Positions 58,232 through 64,000 of a DNA stretch of 64,000 bases are shown here, in pieces. The DNA lies in IMG/VR virus record IMGVR_UViG_3300005611_000008, positions 1 through 64,000 of that record, one strand, 5' to 3'. This DNA is from a virus (lineage: Duplodnaviria > Caudoviricetes). Position 1 is the stretch's first letter, and each line of letters begins with the position of its first letter. The notes below the pieces were generated by a model. That model was not told the origin of the DNA and ran no database searches. It saw only the letters and a list, made by a program, of their open reading frames with translations. A program made the position numbers and the translations under genes.

Positions 58232-58632
58232 TGGCAACTACAGTCCTTCAGATTAAGCGTTCGCAGACTACTGCCGAACCAACAACTCTTGCTAACGGTG
58301 AACTTGCCTATTCGTATAGTTCCAATAAATTGTTTATTGGTCAAACTGATGCTAATTCATCACCAGTCACAGTAGAGTACATTGGTGGTAAATTACTTGT
58401 TGATAAAGTAGCAAACCTTGAGTCTGTAGTTGCCAATCTTGGTGGTAGTCAAAACTCAGCAAATTTAACTGTTACAGAACAACTCAAACTATCGTATGCC
58501 ACTAATAATTCTGTACTATTTGCCAAGGCAGATGGCATTGTAGATTTTATAACTGGCGACAATGGTAAGATATTACAGATTGCCGCTAACGGTACTCCAA
58601 CTTTTGACGATTTAAATGGTGGAAATTTTTAA
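58231..58632 (+). CDS. short fibre/adaptor with Mtd_N-like N-terminus
   Basis: LQIKRS...P..LANGELAY...KLFIG; ends LNGGNF. Confidence 0.7.
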   Translation: MATTVLQIKRSQTTAEPTTLANGELAYSYSSNKLFIGQTDANSSPVTVEYIGGKLLVDKVANLESVVANLGGSQNSANLTVTEQLKLSYATNNSVLFAKADGIVDFITGDNGKILQIAANGTPTFDDLNGGNF

Positions 58633-58940
58633 TGAGCGATTGGCAAGATAATGAAATTTTGACAACATACGCACAACAAACTGAACAACAAATCATAGAC
58701 TTAAACAGAACGATTGTTGCTCTTAGAAGTAAGATTGCTTTATTGGAAAAGGAACTTGAAGAACGAAACAGAATTCCTGTTCCTCGCACAGTGGTTAATC
58801 AGATCGTTCAGCAAGAAGCAAAAATACGAAAGTTAGAGGATGATCTCAAGTTTTATAAAAACCATGTTAACCCTCAGATTATTATAAATAGAGAGAATAA
58901 AGCAAAACCAACCAGAAGCGGTGGAATACCCAAACAATAA
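58632..58940 (+). CDS. coiled-coil protein
   Basis: 102-aa heptad-rich ORF. Confidence 0.6.
   Translation: MSDWQDNEILTTYAQQTEQQIIDLNRTIVALRSKIALLEKELEERNRIPVPRTVVNQIVQQEAKIRKLEDDLKFYKNHVNPQIIINRENKAKPTRSGGIPKQ
58883..58890 (+). promoter_or_regulatory. T4 late promoter
   Basis: TATAAATA 65 bp before ATG 58956. Confidence 0.65.
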
Positions 58941-58955
58941 TAAAGGAGTGCTATA

Positions 58956-60029
58956 ATGGCATCTATCATTAAAATTAAACGCAGTTCCTCTGCAAGTTCA
59001 GTACCGGGGAGTCTGCAAGAGGGCGAATTAGCAGTCAACCTTTTTGACAGAAAACTCTATGTCGGTAACTCGACTGGTGTTACAGCAATCGCAGGTGAAA
59101 ATGCGATTGCTGATGTGGCAGGACTGCAAGCAGCATTAGACAATCGCATGACGGTTGCAAACACTCAATCGCTTGTTAATGCTCGATTAGGTGCGACTGC
59201 TTCTGTTACTTTAACTGGCGATATCACTGGTACAGCATCATTCTCTGGAAACAGCGTATCAATTTCTACCACATATAATAATGATGTTGTGCTTGGAACA
59301 GATACAAGCGGTAATTATGTTGAAACTCTAGCAGCAGGAAATAATTCAATTGTTATTACTGGTGCTGACGGTGAAGGTGCTACCAAAACAGTATCACTTG
59401 GCGATAACATTGGTGCGAACACCTCTGGTACTGCCGCGAGTGCTACAGCATTAGCAACTGCTCGCGACATTGGTGGTGTATCATTTGACGGTACTGCCAA
59501 CATTAACTTGCCGGGTGTCAATACCACAGGTAACCAAGACACAACAGGAAATGCGGCAACCGCAACTGCTTTAGAGACCGCCCGAAATATTGCAGGTCAA
59601 TCATTTGATGGTACTGCTGACATCACAATCGCGGCAACCGATCTTTCTGATGTTAACCAATCACTTGCTACCACAGACAATGTAACCTTTGCTGACATTT
59701 CTGCAACTGGTGATCTAACAGTCGATGGTAACTTGACTGTCGAAGGTGCAGTAACATACATCTCATCTTCTACTGTGAATGTCGATGACTCGATGTTGAA
59801 ACTTTCTGCAAACAACGCAGGAGATACAGTAGATACTGGTGTATACGGTAAGTACATTGTTTCTGGAAACTCAGCAGTACAATTCGCAGGTTACTTCCGC
59901 GATGCAACTGATGGTGCGTTCAAGTTCTACACTGGATTAGATGTAGAACCAACAACGACTGTTGATGTAACAGACACTGGTTATGGTTTGGCACAAGTTG
60001 ATGCAATCATCGATGGCGGCACATACTAA
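58956..60029 (+). CDS. tail fibre protein with Mtd_N-like N-terminus
   Basis: IKIKRS...LQEGELAVN..DRKLYVG; ATAL.TAR.I.G.SFDGTA.I repeats; ends IDGGTY. Confidence 0.75.
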   Translation: MASIIKIKRSSSASSVPGSLQEGELAVNLFDRKLYVGNSTGVTAIAGENAIADVAGLQAALDNRMTVANTQSLVNARLGATASVTLTGDITGTASFSGNSVSISTTYNNDVVLGTDTSGNYVETLAAGNNSIVITGADGEGATKTVSLGDNIGANTSGTAASATALATARDIGGVSFDGTANINLPGVNTTGNQDTTGNAATATALETARNIAGQSFDGTADITIAATDLSDVNQSLATTDNVTFADISATGDLTVDGNLTVEGAVTYISSSTVNVDDSMLKLSANNAGDTVDTGVYGKYIVSGNSAVQFAGYFRDATDGAFKFYTGLDVEPTTTVDVTDTGYGLAQVDAIIDGGTY

Positions 60030-60124
60030 ATAATAGTAAGATTGGGGGACAATAGGATTACATAATCCGTCCCTCTTAATTATAAACGGTCTATATAGAC
60101 TTTGAATACAAGAGAACCATTTTT

Positions 60125-60622
60125 ATGGCATCCATTGTCAAGATAAAGCGTTCCTCCGTACAGGGGAAAGCACCGACAACAGACAACTTACAAGTAGGAG
60201 AACTGGCACTCAATACGAGAGACAGTAAACTCTTTTCGTCTGATGGTTCTCGTGTATTCGAAGTCGGTTCTAATTTACACTCTATTTTCGTCGGGTCCGG
60301 TGGTTTAACCATAGGAAATGGCGCAATATCTTTTCCTACATCCGACGGATCAGACGGTCAGTATCTCGGCACTGATGGTAATGGTAATTTAACGTTCAAC
60401 ACATTCGATAGCGGTAGCGGTAGTATTGGATTTGTGAGAGGAACGCTTAATTCTTTTCCTAGTGGAGATTTGGGAGAAAATGAAGATTTTGTTGGAGAGA
60501 ATTCGGAAACACAAATAGATCCTTTTGGTGTTCCTATACAATCAATTTACGATTGTATGGATCCAAATGGAAGATTCATAGTAGAAAACCTCGGCACAGA
60601 AGAAGCATTTGTAGGTGCTTAA
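60125..60622 (+). CDS. short fibre/adaptor with Mtd_N-like N-terminus
   Basis: VKIKRS...P....LQVGELALNT.D.KLF; FP.SDG..GQ.L.TDG.G.L.F module. Confidence 0.7.
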   Translation: MASIVKIKRSSVQGKAPTTDNLQVGELALNTRDSKLFSSDGSRVFEVGSNLHSIFVGSGGLTIGNGAISFPTSDGSDGQYLGTDGNGNLTFNTFDSGSGSIGFVRGTLNSFPSGDLGENEDFVGENSETQIDPFGVPIQSIYDCMDPNGRFIVENLGTEEAFVGA

Positions 60623-60638
60623 TTTTTGGAGAAAATAA

Positions 60639-63600
60639 ATGCCAACAACAGTACAATTTAGACGCGGGACAACAGCACAAAACGATAACTTTACTGGTGC
60701 TGTTGGAGAAATTTCAATTGATACTACTTTAGACCAAGTTCGTGTACATGATGGCGCGACTCAAGGTGGTTTCAAAGTAGGACGACAAGTCGATGTTGAT
60801 GATCGCATGCAGGTGGCAAATGCTCAAGCACTGTTCAGTACTGCTGTTGCTAATTTAGTATCTACAGTCAACGTTCAGAGTTACATGGCAGTATCTAATG
60901 CTCAAGCATTGTTTAGCACAGTCAATGCTAACAATATGTCGGTTGCCAACACTCGTGCTCTTGTCAATGATCGACTGGGGGCAACTGCTTCTGTTACTCT
61001 CACTGGCGATGTCACTGGTTCAGGTTCATTTAGTTCTAATGCCGTATCAATTGCTCTGACAGATACAAATCTAGGTAATACTAATCTTGCGATTGCAGAT
61101 CGAATGCAAGTTGCCAATGTAACTTCTGCTATTGCAACAGCAGTTTCAGATCTTGTAGACTCAGCACCTGCTACATTGGATACTTTAAATGAACTCGCGG
61201 CGGCACTCGGTGATGATGAAAACTTTGCGACAACCTTAACAACTAACTTGGGGCAAAAGTTAGGTTCAACTGCAACCGTCACTTTAACTGGTGATTTAAC
61301 AGCAAGCGAAACTGCGTTCTCATCTAATGCTGTATCTCTCTCTACTACACTTGCTGATACTGGAACACCAACTGGCACATTTGGTTCAGGTTCATTGATT
61401 CCTGTTATAACAGTAGATTCAAAGGGTCGTATCACAAATATTTCTAATACCTCAGTTGCAGGTGTTTCTAGCGTTGCGTACACTGCGGCAAACAGTAACT
61501 TCCGCATCTCAACTGCGGATGGAACAACTTATGATGCTGTCATTGCGACTGAAAAAATGTCCGTTGCAAATACTCAAGCATTGCACACAAGCATCACAGC
61601 AAACCTAAACTCTTACATTGCGAATACAAACCCTCGCATTACCAACATTCTAACAAGTGTAGGTAGCACCAATACTGCTTTGCGTACTATCATTTCAAAC
61701 AATGAAGCAAACACAGTAACTCGCTTGGCAAACGTTGATAGTTCTATTATCACTGCAAACACTCGTATTACAAATGCATTAACTAGTATTGGTTCAACAA
61801 ACACTGCTATCCGTGCTATTGTTGCCAACCACGAAGCAAATACAGTTACACGCCTCGATAATCGTATGACTGTAGCAAATACTCAAGCACTGGTCAATGC
61901 TCGTTTAGGTGCAACTGCAACTGTGGAGATTACTGGTGATGTTGCAGGTGGTCCGACTGCCTTTTCTGGTAATACGGTTTCAATCGCTGTTACTCAACAG
62001 AACAACTCTGTTGACCTCGGAACCCACACTACTGGTAACTATGTTGCGACAATCTCTGGTACTGCTAATGAAGTTGAAGTTTCTGGTTCTGGATCAGAAG
62101 GTGCTTCTGTTACCATTGGATTACCGGATGATGTCACTGTAGCAGGACAATTAAGTGTCGGAGAAAACGTAGTTGTATCTGGAAATCTTATCGTATCAGG
62201 AACAACCACAACCGTTAACTCTGAAGAAGTTAATATTGCTAATACTAAGATCACTCTAAACTCAGACTTGAATGGAGCAACGCCTGCAAGCGAAGACGCA
62301 GGAATTATTGTCAACCGTGGTTCGGACTCAGATGTTTCTTTCATTTATGATGAAGGAAATGATCGTTGGACATTAGGATCGGAGCAATTAGTTTCTGGTG
62401 ATCTAATCCCTAATACAGATAGCGCGGAAGATTTAGGAACTACATCAGTTCGTTGGCGTAAATTGTATGCAGACGATGGTGATTTCAGTGGTGATGTTTC
62501 TGTCACAGGTGATATTACTGTTACTGGGTCAATCAATGCAACAATTGAAGGTCAAGCGAACACTGCTGCAGCATTATCTACTGCTCGTGAGATTGCTTTG
62601 GGTGGCGATTTATCTGGTAGTGCCGATTTTGATGGTAGTCAAGACATTACAATCATAGCAACAGTTGCAGATGATTCACACAATCATGTCATCTCTAATG
62701 TTGATGGTTTACAAGATGCATTAGACAACCGTATGACTGTCGCGAATACACAAGCACTTGCCGATGCTCGTTTAGGTGCAACTGCAACTGTGGAGATTAC
62801 TGGAGCAGTTGCAGGTGGTGCAACAGCATTTTCTTCTAATGCGGTTTCCATTGCAGTAACTCAGCAGAACAACTCAGTAACGCTTGGTACACATACCACT
62901 GGTAACTATGTCGGAACAATTACTGGTGGAACTGGTATTGCATCAACTGGAGCAACTTCTGGCGAAGGCATAGCACACACACTTTCTGTCGATTTAAGTG
63001 AATTGACAGACATGACTGCCACTATGGTTGGTACTGATGAGTTTATCGTACTCGACGCAGGTGCTGATAGACGAAAAGCAGCAAGCGAGATTGGATTAAG
63101 TATCTTTAATAACGATTCGGGATTCTCTACTACAACTGGTACTGTTACATCAGTAAATCTTACAGCAGGTAATCTGATTGATGTATCTGGTGGTCCTATT
63201 ACTTCATCAGGCAGTATAACAGTCAATGTAGACTTATCTGAATTGACAGATGGTACTGATGCTATTGTGGGTGGTGAAGACGAATTAGTCTATCTCGACA
63301 ATGGTTCTCAGAAACGCAAATTAGTTTCAGAAATTGCAATTGGTCAGTTCAACACCACAAATCAAATTGCACTTGGCACGGATACAACAGGTAATTACAT
63401 TGCAACCATCTCTGGCACTACTAACGAAGTCGAGGTCTCTGGATCAGGTTCCGAAACTGCGGGAGTCACAATTGGGTTGCCGAATGACGTAACACTCACA
63501 GGCGATCTCACAGTCTCTGGTGGAGACATTACGCTTGGTGGTACTGGTCGCATTCAAGGTATTGATACAGTATCTTCTGGCACAGATGCCGCAAACAAGA

Positions 63601-64000
63601 CTTATGTTGACAATGCAGTCGCGGGTGTTGTAGATTCTGCTCCTGCCGCATTGGATACGCTGAACGAACTTGCCGCGGCACTTGGCGATGATGCTAACTT
63701 TGCAACAACCGTTTCTACAAACATCGGACAAAAGTTGGGTGCAACTGCAACAGTCACTTTAACTGGAGATGTCACTGCAAGTGCGACTGCTTTCTCATCC
63801 AATGCAGTATCAATCTCTACAGATATTGCATCAAATGTAGTTGGTGCGGCAGAACTGAAGGTTACTGGTAATGGTTCGGTGGATCAGTATTTGGCATCAG
63901 ATGGTGATGGAACATTCACATTTAAAGATGTTCCTGCGGGATATACAGATAGCGATGTAGATGATCACCTTTCTGGTGGAACTGGTATTGCATATTCAAG
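60639..64000 (+). CDS. long tail fibre protein (over 1100 aa, truncated at window end)
   Basis: Own translation is open to the window end: MPTTVQFRRGT...GEISIDT...VHDG; two APxxLDTLNELAAALGDDxNFATT modules; many MxVAN repeats; absent from the ORF track because it has no stop. Confidence 0.88.
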   Translation, partial: MPTTVQFRRGTTAQNDNFTGAVGEISIDTTLDQVRVHDGATQGGFKVGRQVDVDDRMQVANAQALFSTAVANLVSTVNVQSYMAVSNAQALFSTVNANNMSVANTRALVNDRLGATASVTLTGDVTGSGSFSSNAVSIALTDTNLGNTNLAIADRMQVANVTSAIATAVSDLVDSAPATLDTLNELAAALGDDENFATTLTTNLGQKLGSTATVTLTGDLTASETAFSSNAVSLSTTLADTGTPTGTFGSGSLIPVITVDSKGRITNISNTSVAGVSSVAYTAANSNFRISTADGTTYDAVIATEKMSVANTQALHTSITANLNSYIANTNPRITNILTSVGSTNTALRTIISNNEANTVTRLANVDSSIITANTRITNALTSIGSTNTAIRAIVANHEANTVTRLDNRMTVANTQALVNARLGATATVEITGDVAGGPTAFSGNTVSIAVTQQNNSVDLGTHTTGNYVATISGTANEVEVSGSGSEGASVTIGLPDDVTVAGQLSVGENVVVSGNLIVSGTTTTVNSEEVNIANTKITLNSDLNGATPASEDAGIIVNRGSDSDVSFIYDEGNDRWTLGSEQLVSGDLIPNTDSAEDLGTTSVRWRKLYADDGDFSGDVSVTGDITVTGSINATIEGQANTAAALSTAREIALGGDLSGSADFDGSQDITIIATVADDSHNHVISNVDGLQDALDNRMTVANTQALADARLGATATVEITGAVAGGATAFSSNAVSIAVTQQNNSVTLGTHTTGNYVGTITGGTGIASTGATSGEGIAHTLSVDLSELTDMTATMVGTDEFIVLDAGADRRKAASEIGLSIFNNDSGFSTTTGTVTSVNLTAGNLIDVSGGPITSSGSITVNVDLSELTDGTDAIVGGEDELVYLDNGSQKRKLVSEIAIGQFNTTNQIALGTDTTGNYIATISGTTNEVEVSGSGSETAGVTIGLPNDVTLTGDLTVSGGDITLGGTGRIQGIDTVSSGTDAANKTYVDNAVAGVVDSAPAALDTLNELAAALGDDANFATTVSTNIGQKLGATATVTLTGDVTASATAFSSNAVSISTDIASNVVGAAELKVTGNGSVDQYLASDGDGTFTFKDVPAGYTDSDVDDHLSGGTGIAYS
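61897..62803. repeat. 40-bp exact direct repeat within a larger duplicated fibre module
   Basis: ATGCTCGTTTAGGTGCAACTGCAACTGTGGAGATTACTGG at 61897-61936 and 62764-62803 (867 bp apart, in frame). Confidence 0.85.

Noticed and set aside
58231-64000. Diversity-generating retroelement suggested by Mtd_N-like domains
   Set aside because: No reverse transcriptase and no adenine-specific TR/VR pair seen; the repeats differ mainly at synonymous positions of all bases.
1-64000. Stop-codon reassignment, introns or inteins
   Set aside because: Core genes are intact and of expected length in the standard code, and all three stop codons are used at tight gene junctions.

Overview
A 64-kb segment of a large T4-like (myovirus) phage genome, probably aquatic. 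It uses the standard genetic code and is densely coding. Layout: (1) 1-14.9 kb holds short early/accessory genes on + behind sigma70-type promoters, including an LPP20-like lipoprotein, a GT-B glycosyltransferase, RNase H, a sulfotransferase, a MazG-like protein, a DenV-like protein and a PD-(D/E)xK exonuclease. (2) 14.93-15.29 kb is a circularly permuted two-piece tmRNA of alphaproteobacterial style (tag ANDNTFALAA). (3) A leftward lipase/membrane-protein operon is followed by gp33-gp59-gp32. (4) 19.6-47.6 kb is the baseplate/tail module: tape-measure-like, gp51, 26, 54, 2, 4, 48, 53, hub, 5, 25, 6, 7, 8, a 1883-aa structural protein and a fibre. (5) 49.0-57.6 kb is a 12-gene tailoring-enzyme island inside the fibre module: 2 radical SAM, 3 AspH-like 2OG-Fe(II) oxygenases, 2 GT-A glycosyltransferases, and QueC-like, methyltransferase-like, kinase-like, GNAT-like and unknown proteins. 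A T4 late promoter precedes its rightward arm. (6) 57.6-64 kb is a chain of fibre/adaptor genes with repeated N- and C-terminal motifs, ending in a long fibre truncated by the window. The best candidate for a new system is a late-expressed virion-protein modification pathway, possibly acting on an Ala-Asn-Thr motif that looks over-represented in several structural proteins. All family calls come from motif recognition and synteny by eye; no database searches were run.
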